NCBI GenBank assembly: GCA_965203515.1 | Contig: OZ241907.1 | Location: 544,001-608,000 of the forward strand | From: Spirochaetia bacterium | GTDB taxonomy: Bacteria > Spirochaetota > Spirochaetia > SZUA-6 > Bin103 | Direction of reading: 5' to 3' | DNA length: 64,000 nt | In this document: one piece after another, positions 1-9,052 of the stretch | Layout of the letters: every line of letters begins with the position of its first letter | How positions within the stretch are numbered: position 1 is the first letter of the stretch | Position numbers and translations under genes: made by a program | Notes under the pieces: generated by a model | Database searches by the model: none | Seen by the model: only the letters and a program-made list of their open reading frames with translations | Told to the model about the DNA's origin: nothing

Positions 1-1213
1 CCGGCTCGACCAGCAGCGGCTGCTCGACCAGCCGCTGCCGCTCCGCCCGCGCCAGCATCCGCAGCCGGGATTCGAGCTCTTCCCGTTCGCCGTAGCAGCC
101 GCGCAGCAGGCGGCGGCCCGAAGCGGTATCGAAGGCGGTGCGGCCGTGCAGCATGCGCCGGTTGTCGAAGGCGGCCAGATCGCCCGGACGGAGGCGCAGC
201 CGGCGCTGGTTGGCGGGGTCGTTCGCCAGGCGCTGGAAGCGCCGGAAGGCGGCGTAGAACGCCTTGATCGTGGCCGTGTCGCCGGCCATGGGGTTGCGCA
301 GCCACCACGTGTAGCGCACCGTCGACAACTCGCCGGCGGCGTCGAACTCCAGCACCGGGGCGCGGAAGCGGTGATCGGAGTCCCGGTTGCGGGTGCCGAA
401 CGGCACGGCGACGGTGGCCAGCACCTCGAAGGATTCCGGGGATTCGGCCTTGAGCTGCTCGGCCACCGCGTAGGCGTCCACGAAGATGCTGTCGCCGCCT
501 GCGCAGGAGTTGTGCAGACAGAACAGGAACTGCAGTCCGGGCACGTATTCGCGGGTGCACAGGTCGTTGTGCGCCGGCAGGGCGACGCTGGTGAAGGCGT
601 TGCTGTCCGCGTCGGGGCGGCTCTCCACCTCCCAGACCATGCCGAAGTTGGAGTTGCGCAGGCAGCCGATGCGGCCGGGAATCTCCGGTACGACCTCCGG
701 GTCCAGCGGGAGCTTCTCCACCAGGGCGAGTCCGTCGACGTGGATGGCGGTCAGCCACGCCCCGAACGCGGCGGCGTCCCCGGCGCGGATCGCTTCGCCG
801 TCCAGCGTGGTGAGCGGCGCGTGCGGCGCTTCGCCGCGCGTCCACAGGCGCCGGGCCGGCAGGGCGTCGTCAGCCGGCGATTCGGGGCGGTGCGCCCACA
901 GCCAGCCGGGATGATAGACGCTGGCCGGCCCCTCCGGGTGCCACGATACGCGCAGGCGGCCGTCGGGCAGCACCTCCGCGTCCGCGGCGCGCAGGTCGTC
1001 CGGCAGGTCGATGAGCATGATCACCTGCTCGCGGGTCACCGGGTGAATCGTGTCGAGATCGGGGCTGAACTCGCGCAACCACGGGCCGGGCAGGACGCTG
1101 GCGCTGCCGTCGTCCCAGCGGACCGCTACGTCGCCGTCGGCGACGCGCGCGCTGCGAAGCGTTCGGGTGACGGGATAGAAATCGAAGTCCGGAACCGAAG
1201 GCGTCTGGTCCAT
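1..1213 (-). CDS. TauD/gamma-butyrobetaine dioxygenase family Fe(II)/2-oxoglutarate dioxygenase, 3' end beyond the window edge
   Basis: Manual translation from ATG at 1213 (MDQTPSVPDFDFYP...). It has an HxD motif (LPAHNDL...PGLQFLFC) and a distal His motif (FDNRRMLHGRTAF). Absent from the ORF track because no stop falls in the window. Confidence 0.8.
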   Translation of the reverse strand, partial: MDQTPSVPDFDFYPVTRTLRSARVADGDVAVRWDDGSASVLPGPWLREFSPDLDTIHPVTREQVIMLIDLPDDLRAADAEVLPDGRLRVSWHPEGPASVYHPGWLWAHRPESPADDALPARRLWTRGEAPHAPLTTLDGEAIRAGDAAAFGAWLTAIHVDGLALVEKLPLDPEVVPEIPGRIGCLRNSNFGMVWEVESRPDADSNAFTSVALPAHNDLCTREYVPGLQFLFCLHNSCAGGDSIFVDAYAVAEQLKAESPESFEVLATVAVPFGTRNRDSDHRFRAPVLEFDAAGELSTVRYTWWLRNPMAGDTATIKAFYAAFRRFQRLANDPANQRRLRLRPGDLAAFDNRRMLHGRTAFDTASGRRLLRGCYGEREELESRLRMLARAERQRLVEQPLLVEP

Positions 1214-1381
1214 GGCACCCTCCAATCAGCGTCCGCTGCCAGCGCTTACCCGCCGCTCGTCACGGCACCGGTAGAGATTACCACGAGGAGGGGGCGGGCG
1301 GCATCCGCGGTCCGCCGCCCGGCGCTTGGGCAGCGGCGCCGCGTGACGTATACTCCTGCGCGCGCTTCAAGGCTGGATCGA

Positions 1382-2002
1382 ATGTTGCAGACGCTGTACT
1401 GGTTTACCGCGATCTTCGGAGTCGGCGTGACGGTGGTCGATCTGCTGGGGCTGATCGGCTCCGGCGGCGAAGGCTCCGGCGGCGGCGAGGGCTCCGGCGG
1501 CGACCAGGCTTCCGGCGACCAGGCTTCCGGCGACCAGGCTTCCGGTGAGGACGCAGGCGGCGAATCCGGCGGCGGCGCGCCGGTCCTCTCCTTCCTGCGC
1601 TACGTGCGTACCGCGATCTACTTCTGCCTGGGATTCGGACCGTTCGGCATCGCGTCGACCGCGTTCGGAGCGGGCGCCGCCGGCAGCCTGGTCTGGGCGC
1701 TCGCGGGGGGGAGCGCGGTAGCGGTGCTGGCGCGCCTGTTCTTCCGGCTGCAGCGCACCGACCTCGATTCGAGCATCGAGGAAGAGGAGCTTCTGTTCGA
1801 GGAGGCCACCGTGATCGCGCCGATCGCCGGCGGCGGCATGGGCAAGGTGCGCATCCGCCTGGGCCAGTCGGTGGCGGAGCGGTACGCGCTGGCCGAGAAT
1901 CCTGAAGAGCGCTTTGCCGTCGACGCCCGCGTGCAGGTGGCGCAGGTCACCGATCGGTGCGTGTACGTGCGCGGACTCGATGCTGCCCGGGAGCTTCCGT
2001 GA
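1382..2002 (+). CDS. NfeD-like membrane protein, partner of flotillins
   Basis: ATG at 1382 (MLQTLYWFTAIFG...). Hydrophobic segments, a Gly/Ser/Asp linker and a C-terminal OB-like domain (ATVIAPIAGGGMGKVRIRLG); lies directly upstream of SPFH genes. Confidence 0.75.
   Translation: MLQTLYWFTAIFGVGVTVVDLLGLIGSGGEGSGGGEGSGGDQASGDQASGDQASGEDAGGESGGGAPVLSFLRYVRTAIYFCLGFGPFGIASTAFGAGAAGSLVWALAGGSAVAVLARLFFRLQRTDLDSSIEEEELLFEEATVIAPIAGGGMGKVRIRLGQSVAERYALAENPEERFAVDARVQVAQVTDRCVYVRGLDAARELP
1499..1543 (+). repeat. 3x 15-bp tandem repeat GGCGACCAGGCTTCC, encoding GDQAS x3
   Basis: Read directly from the sequence; preceded by imperfect GGEGS units. Confidence 0.9.
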
Positions 2003-2057
2003 CGACGGATCGAAGCGCTGTCGCCGATCGTACCGAAATGACCGAACTGGAGGAGCT

Positions 2058-3437
2058 ATGGATACGGCAGCCTTTACGGCCGGCGGCGCGATCGCCGCGG
2101 TCGCGCTGTTCTTCGTGATCATCGGCGGGCTCAAGTCCCTTATCAGGGTCTGCCCGCCCAATCAGGTGCTGGTGGTGACCGGCACCAAGACGCAGGTCGG
2201 CGGCAAGAGCTACGGCTTCCGATTGCAGCGCGGCGGTTGGACGTTCGTGCTCCCCTTCTTTCAGAGCGCGCGGGGGCTGGAACTGAGCACCATCCCGATC
2301 GACGTGCGGGTGGAGGGCGTGAACTCGGCAAACGGCATCACGGTCGGCGCCGACGCCACCGCCTGCGTCTGCGTCGACCATGAGGATGACTCGCTCCTCT
2401 ACTCCGCCGTCGAACGGCTGATGGGCAAGACCCGGGGGGAGATCCAGGAGCAGATACAGCAGACCATGGTGGGCAACTTCCGCGGCGCGCTCAACAAGAC
2501 CACGCCGTTGCAGGCGATCGGCATGGTGGAGAGCGTCGACGAGGAGGATCGCGTCGGCGAGGGCGATGCGCGGGCCGGCGGCGCGGGCCCCGACACCGAC
2601 GGCGAACGCGCGCAGTTCCGGGCCGAGCTGCTGCGCGACAGCAATCAGGACCTGAGCACCTTCGGCATGCGGGTCGTGTCGGTATCGCTGCAGAAGATCT
2701 GGGATACCTCCAACTACATCGCCAACCTGGCCAACAAGACGCTGTCCCGCAAACGCCAGGAGGTGGAGATCGAGGAGGCGCGGTTGAAGGCGCAGGCGGA
2801 GCGCTCTGAATCGGACGCCAAGCGCCGCATGACCGTAGCCGAGAATACCGCCAATGAGAAGATCATCGCCGCCGAGCAGGAGTTGGAAGTGCTCCGGCGC
2901 ACCGCCGAGGCGGAGGTGGAGCAGGCCCGTCTGGAAGCCGACAGCGCCATCGAGCGGGCCGACAGCGAAGGCGAGCGGTCCGTTCAGGAGATCGCCGTCG
3001 ATCTGCGCAAGCTCAAGAACGTCTCCGACGTGACGCTGGAGGCGGACACCAAGCGGCGGGCGGCGGAGATCCTGGCGAACGGCCAGAACCAATCGGTCCA
3101 GATCGTCGAGTCGACGCAGAACGACCTGCTCGATCAGAAGGCCCGGATGGTCGCGGGCGCCGACGTCGGCCGGATCGCGCTGTTCGTCCAGCAGCAGCTG
3201 CCGGGATTGTTCGCGGCGTACGAGCGCTACGCGCGCGAGATGGAGATCGACAACGTCGTGATCATGGATGACGACCGGGGCATGAACGGGCTGCTCAACC
3301 GCGGGCCGGAAGCGTTCGTAGACTTTCTGCACAAGTTCGAGGAGGGATTCGGCATCAGCGTCAAGGAGTTGATGAGCCGGTCCGACGCCAGCGGCGCGGA
3401 CGCCGGCGGCGCGGACGCCGCGGAGGGTCGATCATGA
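2058..3437 (+). CDS. SPFH/flotillin family protein
   Basis: GGAGGAG RBS before ATG 2058. N-terminal TM, then VCPPNQVLVVTG...GGWTFVLPFF and an EA-rich coiled coil. Confidence 0.85.
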   Translation: MDTAAFTAGGAIAAVALFFVIIGGLKSLIRVCPPNQVLVVTGTKTQVGGKSYGFRLQRGGWTFVLPFFQSARGLELSTIPIDVRVEGVNSANGITVGADATACVCVDHEDDSLLYSAVERLMGKTRGEIQEQIQQTMVGNFRGALNKTTPLQAIGMVESVDEEDRVGEGDARAGGAGPDTDGERAQFRAELLRDSNQDLSTFGMRVVSVSLQKIWDTSNYIANLANKTLSRKRQEVEIEEARLKAQAERSESDAKRRMTVAENTANEKIIAAEQELEVLRRTAEAEVEQARLEADSAIERADSEGERSVQEIAVDLRKLKNVSDVTLEADTKRRAAEILANGQNQSVQIVESTQNDLLDQKARMVAGADVGRIALFVQQQLPGLFAAYERYAREMEIDNVVIMDDDRGMNGLLNRGPEAFVDFLHKFEEGFGISVKELMSRSDASGADAGGADAAEGRS

Positions 3438-4690
3438 TCGCCTTCATCGTCGTCTTCCTCCTGCTGGTACTCTTCACGCTGGTGATCCAACTGGTCACCA
3501 AGATGAAGATCGTCGGCGCCGACGAGCTGGCGATCGTGGCCGGCAAGGGCCGCGGCTTCTCGTGGCTGCGGGGCGGGCGCGTGTTCGTGTTCCCGCTCAT
3601 CCACCGCTTCTTCCGCATGGACATGCGGCCGCGCACCACCAGCGTGCGGGTGGAATCGGCGATCGCGGCCGGCATCGTGCCGCTCACCGTGGTCGCGACC
3701 GTGAGCTTCGCGGTGGCGTCCTCCGGCGAAGGGTTGCGCAACGCGATCCGGCGCGTCCTGTTGATGACGCGCGACTGGAACGAACTGACCGGCATCGCCG
3801 CCGGCATCATCGAGGGGCATCTGCGCGACTCGATCGCGACCATGACGCCCGAGGAGGTGATGACGGACAAGGATCGGCTGGTGCAGAACATGATCCGCGT
3901 CTGCAAGTCCGACCTGGAGGGCATCGGTCTGGAGATCACGGCGATGAACATCGCCGACGTGGACGACCATCGCCTGGCGGGGGTGCGCGAGCCGGAGCTC
4001 TACATCGCCCTGCTGAAGCGCATCCAGTCGGCCAACGCCGAATCGCAGTCGCGCGCCGCGCAGGCGCAGGCGCGCGCGGCGGCCAAGGAGGAGTCGGAGA
4101 CGCGGCGCGCGGAGGTCGCGGTGCGCGAGGCGCAGAATGCCAAGGAGAGCCTGCTGGCGGAGACCCGCGTCAAGGTCGCGCAAGAGACGCAGCGCAGCGC
4201 CATCGGCGTGCGCCGGGCCGAGCGCGACGCGCAGGCCAAGGTCGCCGGCATCAAGGCGCAGATCGGCGCTGAGCAGCAGCGCATCGAGATGCTCCGGGAG
4301 CGCTATCGAGCGGAGATACTGGTCCCGGCGGAAGCGGAGAAGGAGCGGATGGTCCTGCATGCGCAGGCGCAGGCCGCCGAGCGGCGCGGCCGGGCGCAGG
4401 GAGAGATCGATCAGCTCAACCGGACGATCGACATCCTGCGCGCGGGCGGTCAGGCGGGCCTTGCCGCCTACATCATCGAGAACTTCGAGAAGTTCATCCA
4501 ACCGTTCTCGCAGACGCTGTCGCTGTTCCCGGCCAAGCACGCCACGGTCATTTCCGGGGCGGCCGGGACGCATGCGCCGATCTCCGGGGTCCATCCGCAC
4601 CCGGTGGAGGAACAGAAGGCGCGGCTCACGCTGCAGGCGCTGGGCGCCATCTCGACCGCCGAGGAGTCGCCGGTCGCCGCCAAGAGGTAA
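3434..4690 (+). CDS. SPFH/flotillin family protein
   Basis: ATGA overlap with the upstream gene. Contains GGRVFVFPLIH, EGHLRDSIATMTPEEV and an AEAE coiled coil. Confidence 0.85.
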   Translation: MIAFIVVFLLLVLFTLVIQLVTKMKIVGADELAIVAGKGRGFSWLRGGRVFVFPLIHRFFRMDMRPRTTSVRVESAIAAGIVPLTVVATVSFAVASSGEGLRNAIRRVLLMTRDWNELTGIAAGIIEGHLRDSIATMTPEEVMTDKDRLVQNMIRVCKSDLEGIGLEITAMNIADVDDHRLAGVREPELYIALLKRIQSANAESQSRAAQAQARAAAKEESETRRAEVAVREAQNAKESLLAETRVKVAQETQRSAIGVRRAERDAQAKVAGIKAQIGAEQQRIEMLRERYRAEILVPAEAEKERMVLHAQAQAAERRGRAQGEIDQLNRTIDILRAGGQAGLAAYIIENFEKFIQPFSQTLSLFPAKHATVISGAAGTHAPISGVHPHPVEEQKARLTLQALGAISTAEESPVAAKR

Positions 4691-4716
4691 CGCGGAGGAA
4701 ACGCGGAGCTAAACAC

Positions 4717-4744
4717 GGGCGCGCGGCGGTCCTGCCGCGCGCCC
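4717..4744. terminator. GC hairpin between convergent genes, probable terminator
   Basis: GGGCGCGCGGC-ggtcct-GCCGCGCGCCC, a perfect 11-bp stem; there is no long U tract. Confidence 0.5.
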
Positions 4745-5644
4745 TCAATCGATGATCTTGTTCAGAGGATACTCGACGATGCCGCTGGCGCCCGCGTCCT
4801 TGAGGCGCGGGATGAGATCGCGCACCACCGACTCGTCGATGACCGTGTTGACCGCCACCCAGCCGCCGGTGGCCGGTGAGCCGCCGTTGGCCAGTGCGGA
4901 GACCGTCGGCCTCCGCAGCGCCGGCAGCGCCTCCAGGACCGCGTCGAGGCGCTTCTGCGGAACGTTCATCATCAGCCCGACCTTGCCCTCGGCGGCCATG
5001 GCGCCGCGCAGCATGAGGGCCAGGTTCTCGATCTTGCGGCGCTTCCAGCCGTCCTGCCACGCCGACTCGTTGGCGATCAGGCGCGGCGTGCTGGTCACGA
5101 TCGTGTCGACGATCCGCAGGTTGTTGGCGCGCAGCGAGCTGCCGGTCTCCGTGATCTCCACGATCGCGTCGGCCAGTCGGGGGGGCTTGACCTCGGTCGC
5201 CCCCCAGGAGAACTCGACGTGCGCCTGCACGCCGTGCCTGGCCAGATAGTCGGTGGTCAGATTGACCGCCTCGGTGGCGACGTGCTTGCCCTGCAGGTCC
5301 TGCGGGCTGCGAATCGGCGAATGCTCCGGCACGGCCAGGACCCAGCGCACCGGCCCGCGGCTCACCTTGGAGAAGACCAGCTCGGCCACCTCTACCACCT
5401 GCGCGCGGTTCTCCACGATCCAGTCGCGGCCGGTCAGACCGACGTCCATCACGCCGTCCTGCACGTAGCGGGCGATCTCCTGCGCGCGGATCAGGATGCA
5501 CTCGATCTCCGGATCGTCGATGGCGGGATAGAAGGACCGGGAGGAGAACGTGATCTCGTACCCCGCCTTGCGGAACAGGGCGGCGGTCGCCTCCTGCAGG
5601 CTGCCGGCGGGGATGCCGAGCTTCAGCTTCCGCGGTCGGTCCAT
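4745..5644 (-). CDS. hisG: ATP phosphoribosyltransferase
   Basis: [45 protein letters not shown], plus the C-terminal regulatory domain. Confidence 0.95.
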   Translation of the reverse strand: MDRPRKLKLGIPAGSLQEATAALFRKAGYEITFSSRSFYPAIDDPEIECILIRAQEIARYVQDGVMDVGLTGRDWIVENRAQVVEVAELVFSKVSRGPVRWVLAVPEHSPIRSPQDLQGKHVATEAVNLTTDYLARHGVQAHVEFSWGATEVKPPRLADAIVEITETGSSLRANNLRIVDTIVTSTPRLIANESAWQDGWKRRKIENLALMLRGAMAAEGKVGLMMNVPQKRLDAVLEALPALRRPTVSALANGGSPATGGWVAVNTVIDESVVRDLIPRLKDAGASGIVEYPLNKIID

Positions 5645-5654
5645 GGAGCGCTCG

Positions 5655-6095
5655 CTACGGCTTTCCGGCATACACCTGCGCCGGGTCGAACACGCGCTCG
5701 GCGACCGACTGCGGCTCGCCGTCTTCCGCCACGCGGCGGAAGAAGCAGCTCCGATAGCCGGCGTGACACGCCGCGCCGCCGACCTGGCGGACTTTGATCA
5801 GCAGCGCGTCGGCGTCGCAGTCGACGTACACGCCGTGCACTTCCTGGATGTTGCCGCTCTCCTCGCCCTTGCGCCAGAGCCGGTTGCGGCTGCGTGAGAA
5901 GTAGCACGCGCGGCCGGTGCGCAGCGTCTCCGTGAACGACTCGCGATTCATGTAGCCGATCATGAGCACCTCGCCGGTCTCATGGTCTTGCGCGATCGCC
6001 GGGACGATGCCGCCGAGCTTCTCGAAGTCGACCGCGCGGTCCGGGGCGGCACCATTCCCATTGCTCGTATCGGGCTTCCCGGTATCAGGTTTCAT
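5655..6095 (-). CDS. hisI: Phosphoribosyl-AMP cyclohydrolase
   Basis: C-terminal part of ORF 5655..8108: [47 protein letters not shown] at 6095. Confidence 0.93.
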   Translation of the reverse strand: MKPDTGKPDTSNGNGAAPDRAVDFEKLGGIVPAIAQDHETGEVLMIGYMNRESFTETLRTGRACYFSRSRNRLWRKGEESGNIQEVHGVYVDCDADALLIKVRQVGGAACHAGYRSCFFRRVAEDGEPQSVAERVFDPAQVYAGKP

Positions 6096-6194
6096 GGCCG
6101 GCACTCTACCACGCGCCGCCGCCGCATCGCGCGCTTGCCGCGGGCATGGCCAACCGGACAGAATCCCGGCCGGAAACAAGGGAGGGCACGCGGC

Positions 6195-7280
6195 ATGAAG
6201 CGGTATCGCGTCGGCATCATCGGCCTGGGACGGATGGGCAGCACCATCGACGACGAGGGGCACAGCACCGCTCCGTATTCGATCGCCGCGTCGTGCCGCG
6301 CCAGCGAACGCCTGGAGGTGGCGACCGGCGCCGACCTGCGGCCCGAGCGGCGGGACGCGTTCCGCGAGCGCTGGGGCGTGGAGGCGCTGTACGAGGACTA
6401 CCGGCTGATGGTCGCCGAACAACGTCCCGATCTGGTTGCGGTCTGCACCACCGCCTCGGGGCTGCAGAAGCCGGCCAAGGAGGCGCCGGACGCCGCCTTC
6501 CGCGGCGATTCGCACGCGGAGCTCACCGTCGCGCTCGCCGAGTTGCAGGTGCCGATGCTGTACGTGGAGAAGGCGATGGCCAGCTCGCCGCGCATGGCCG
6601 ATGCCGCGCGCGACGCCTGCATCGCCAACGGCACCGTGTTCAACACCGGCGTGCTGCGCCGCTTCGACAACCGCTACGACGCGGTGCGGCAGGCGATCGC
6701 CGGCGGCGCGATCGGCGCGCCGCTGGCCGCCGTCCACTATGCCGCGAGCAACTTGATGCATGGGCACGTGCACTCGATCGACACCCTGTCGTTCCTGCTT
6801 GACGATCCGTCGATCGATGCGGTGCGCGGCGAGTTGCTGCTCGACCCGCGCGGCGGCCCCCGGCCGGGGCACCACGTCCGCAGTGACCCGGACGCGACGT
6901 TTCAGCTCCGCTTTTCCGGCGGGGTGGAGGCGTGGAGCGTGCCGGCCGGCAACTGGGAGTTCGAGGTGCTCGGCACCAAGGGAGCGATCCGCGCCGAGAA
7001 CAACGGCGCCGGCGTCACGCTCCGTACCGCGGCCGGCGCCGGGCGGCGGCCGGACCTGGCGCCCGCTCCGTTCGAGGCGCCGGAGCCCCGCAGCCCGGTG
7101 GTGGCGTGTCTGGAGGACCTGGTCGACGCATACGAATCGGGCCGGCCGACGCGCGCGCCGGTCGATCTGAGCGCCCACGTCGTCGAGGCGTGCGTCGCCG
7201 TCGTGGAAAGCGACCTCCGCGGCGGCGTCTGGATCGATCTGCCGTTGGCCAACCGCGATCTGTACGTCTTTCACGTGTAG
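6195..7280 (+). CDS. Gfo/Idh/MocA family oxidoreductase
   Basis: GGAGGG RBS; Rossmann motif RVGIIGLGRMG; YVEKAMA. Confidence 0.8.
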   Translation: MKRYRVGIIGLGRMGSTIDDEGHSTAPYSIAASCRASERLEVATGADLRPERRDAFRERWGVEALYEDYRLMVAEQRPDLVAVCTTASGLQKPAKEAPDAAFRGDSHAELTVALAELQVPMLYVEKAMASSPRMADAARDACIANGTVFNTGVLRRFDNRYDAVRQAIAGGAIGAPLAAVHYAASNLMHGHVHSIDTLSFLLDDPSIDAVRGELLLDPRGGPRPGHHVRSDPDATFQLRFSGGVEAWSVPAGNWEFEVLGTKGAIRAENNGAGVTLRTAAGAGRRPDLAPAPFEAPEPRSPVVACLEDLVDAYESGRPTRAPVDLSAHVVEACVAVVESDLRGGVWIDLPLANRDLYVFHV

Positions 7281-7292
7281 GCCGGGCCGCCG

Positions 7293-7988
7293 GTGCTGAT
7301 CGAGGCCGAGGACCTCACCAAGGTGTTTCACGCCGGCGCGGAGGAGGTGCATGCGATCCGGGGGGTGTCGGTCTCCATCCGCGCCGGCTGCTTCGTGCTG
7401 CTGCGCGGCCGCTCCGGCTCCGGCAAGACCACGCTGCTCAACCTGCTCGGCGGGCTCGACCGCCCCACCGCCGGCTCGGTGCGGATCGAAGGGCAGGACC
7501 TGCACGGCATGAACGGCGCGCAGCGCAACCGCTGGCGCCGCGACACGGCGGCGTTCGTGTTCCAGGCGCTCGCTCTGCTGCCGGGGCTCACGGCGCAGGA
7601 GAACGTCGACCTGCCGTTGCGCATCGCCGGGGTAGACCCGCGCACCGCGGCCCGGCGCGCGCGCGAGCAGCTCGACGGCGTGGGCCTGGGGGGGCGCGTC
7701 CACCACCGGGTATTCGAGCTGTCCGGCGGCGAGCAGCAGCGCGTGGCCGTGGCTCGCGCCCTGGTCAAGCGACCGGCCGTGCTGTTCGCGGACGAGCCGA
7801 CCGGCGAGCTCGATCAGGGGTCGGGCGCCACCGTGCTGCAGCTGCTCCGCTCCGCGGTCGACGAACGCGGCATGACCGCCGTGGTCACCAGCCACGATCA
7901 GCTGGCCAACCGGTACGCCGATCGGACGTACGCGATGGCGGACGGCGCGCTGCATCCGGTCTATTCGACCTCGGCGGAGCCGGCGTGA
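7293..7988 (+). CDS. ABC transporter ATP-binding protein (LolD/MacB-like)
   Basis: GRSGSGKT, LSGGEQQRV, ADEPTGELD. Confidence 0.92.
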   Translation: MLIEAEDLTKVFHAGAEEVHAIRGVSVSIRAGCFVLLRGRSGSGKTTLLNLLGGLDRPTAGSVRIEGQDLHGMNGAQRNRWRRDTAAFVFQALALLPGLTAQENVDLPLRIAGVDPRTAARRAREQLDGVGLGGRVHHRVFELSGGEQQRVAVARALVKRPAVLFADEPTGELDQGSGATVLQLLRSAVDERGMTAVVTSHDQLANRYADRTYAMADGALHPVYSTSAEPA

Positions 7989-9052
7989 GGACCGCGGACC
8001 GCTGGCGGCGCGGCGCCCTTCCCACGGTCCGCGCGGCGCGGGCGGCGATGAGCCGGACGGCGCTCGCTCTGGCGGTGCTCGCTCTGACGGTGCTCGCCCT
8101 GGCCGCATGCGAACGGCCGGCCGAAGACATGGAGCTGCCGGCTGAGCTGTCGGAACTCGGCGGCCGCACCTCGGCGCCTACCTATCCGGTGGAACGGCGC
8201 GACCTGTCGGTCGAGATCGAGCGGTCGGCGCGCGTGCAATCGGTACGGCTGCAGGAGCTCTACTTCCAGGAGAGCGGCCGGCTGGCCGAGTTGAACGTCG
8301 GGACCGGAGATCGGGTGACCGCGGGGCAGGTCCTGGCGCGGCTTGCCAGCGGCGCGATCCGGCACAGCCTGCGGCTGGCGGAGCTCGACCTGGAGATCGA
8401 TCGCCTGCGGGCCACGTCGCAGGGGCCGGGATCGTCGAGCCTGGACCGCCGCATACGCCGGCTGGAGGTGGCCAAGCGCGAGGCGACGGCCGACTTCCTG
8501 CGCCGGCGGCTGGAAGCGCACACCATTCGCGCGCCGTACGACGGGGTGATCACGCGGGTGAATCCCGAAGTGGATGAGGTGGTGGAGGGGTACCGCACCA
8601 TCATCGAGATCGCCGATCCGCAGGAGCTGGAGCTGCAGATGGAGGTGAGCGCGGATCAGTTCGACCGGGTGGAGGTGGGGCAACCGGCGCAGGTCGAGAT
8701 CGAGTCGGGCGCCTGGGCGTCGGGGATCGTGTCGCGGCTCACCAGCCGCACCACCGGCCGCGACGCCGCCCTGCGCCGCGAGGAGTACGTCGTCCACCTG
8801 ATGCTGGACGACGCCGCGGCCGTCTCGTTCCGCATGGGGGCGCGCCACGCGGCCCGCGTCCTGGTCGACTTTCGCCGCGACACCGTTCTGATTCCGGTCG
8901 CCGCGCTGCGCGAGTTCCAGGGCCGCACCTACGTCCGGGTGCTGGAAGGGGTCCGGCGGCGCGAGGTCGACGTCAAGGTGGGGGTCCGCACCGACACCCG
9001 GGTGGAGATTCTGGAGGGCCTGGAGTCCGGACAGATCGTCATCGGCAAATGA
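7985..9052 (+). CDS. Efflux periplasmic adaptor (MFP/HlyD-like) lipoprotein; alternative start ATG 8048
   Basis: Lipobox LAAC; GRLAELNVGTGDRVTAGQVLA; IRAPYDGVI; VEILEGLESGQIVI. Confidence 0.85.
   Translation: MRTADRWRRGALPTVRAARAAMSRTALALAVLALTVLALAACERPAEDMELPAELSELGGRTSAPTYPVERRDLSVEIERSARVQSVRLQELYFQESGRLAELNVGTGDRVTAGQVLARLASGAIRHSLRLAELDLEIDRLRATSQGPGSSSLDRRIRRLEVAKREATADFLRRRLEAHTIRAPYDGVITRVNPEVDEVVEGYRTIIEIADPQELELQMEVSADQFDRVEVGQPAQVEIESGAWASGIVSRLTSRTTGRDAALRREEYVVHLMLDDAAAVSFRMGARHAARVLVDFRRDTVLIPVAALREFQGRTYVRVLEGVRRREVDVKVGVRTDTRVEILEGLESGQIVIGK

Noticed and set aside
146..1381. N-terminal two-thirds of ORF 146..2002
   Set aside because: It is the antisense shadow of the minus-strand dioxygenase; the real gene starts at 1382.
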